A stretch of DNA of 63,997 bases, filler included, from Malassezia furfur (taxonomy: Eukaryota), in NCBI GenBank assembly GCA_052055015.1. It is 3 parts of 3 records of this genome, joined end to end, with 100 filler letters (N's around TTAATTAATTAA, not from the genome) between each part and the next. Parts side by side here need not be neighbours in the genome. Positions count along the whole stretch, not along the records: positions 49,584 to 63,997 come from JBQJIT010000288.1; 2 more parts are not named here. One strand, 5' to 3'. The position numbers were made by a program, and so were the translations under genes. Positions 63,848-63,997 of the stretch are shown here, in pieces (position 1 is the stretch's first letter; each line of letters starts with the position of its first letter). The notes beneath the pieces are model-generated. The model was not told the DNA's origin, ran no database searches, and saw nothing but the letters and a program-made list of their open reading frames with translations.

Positions 63848-63997
63848 GGTGGAGCGTGCCCGGCCGCACGGGCCGGGACGCACCTCCATTGCATGCACGG
63901 CCCGATGACCGAGCCGCCACCATGGTAATTTCGAAGCGCGCAGGTGCGAAGAAGGCCGGGCGCGCGGCGGGCGCGCCCGCCGCGGCGCCGTCGAGCC

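Overview
Eukaryotic, GC-rich and extremely gene-dense fungal DNA. Protein content, tiny intergenic spaces and very short introns point to a basidiomycete yeast of the Ustilaginomycotina, most likely Malassezia (inference, no database search). The window holds three contig pieces joined by two artificial 100-nt N/TTAATTAATTAA linkers (24730-24829, 49484-49583). I can support about 36 protein genes, including SNC1, KGD1, GDH2, NOP4, EAF6, CTK3, CIA1, COQ9, PMC1, SEC65, ProRS, SES1, ZUO1, RPS17, RPS22, THOC7, RPL14, KCS1, MAS2, NAD kinase, HRD1, MRPL6, RPL34, APT1 and three transcription factors. There are also two intron-containing tRNA-Val(CAC) genes and one intronic H/ACA snoRNA. The ORF track fragments many genes because it ignores splicing. 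I located 32 GT-AG introns by hand, 21 of them only 22-31 nt long. Highlights: (1) an H/ACA snoRNA in the RPS22 intron with a pocket complementary to the 18S rRNA site guided by yeast snR44; (2) ultra-short introns, with the few long ones confined to ribosomal-protein genes and closed by base-paired stems; (3) a bacterial-type GH8 glycosidase with two tiny introns, one flanked by a 9-nt direct repeat; (4) a recurrent CACGTG plus TRYAGTTTT promoter module; (5) a predicted GPI-anchored serine hydrolase and an atypical kinase. I found no mobile elements or CRISPR, and nothing that I can show to be a wholly new multi-gene system.
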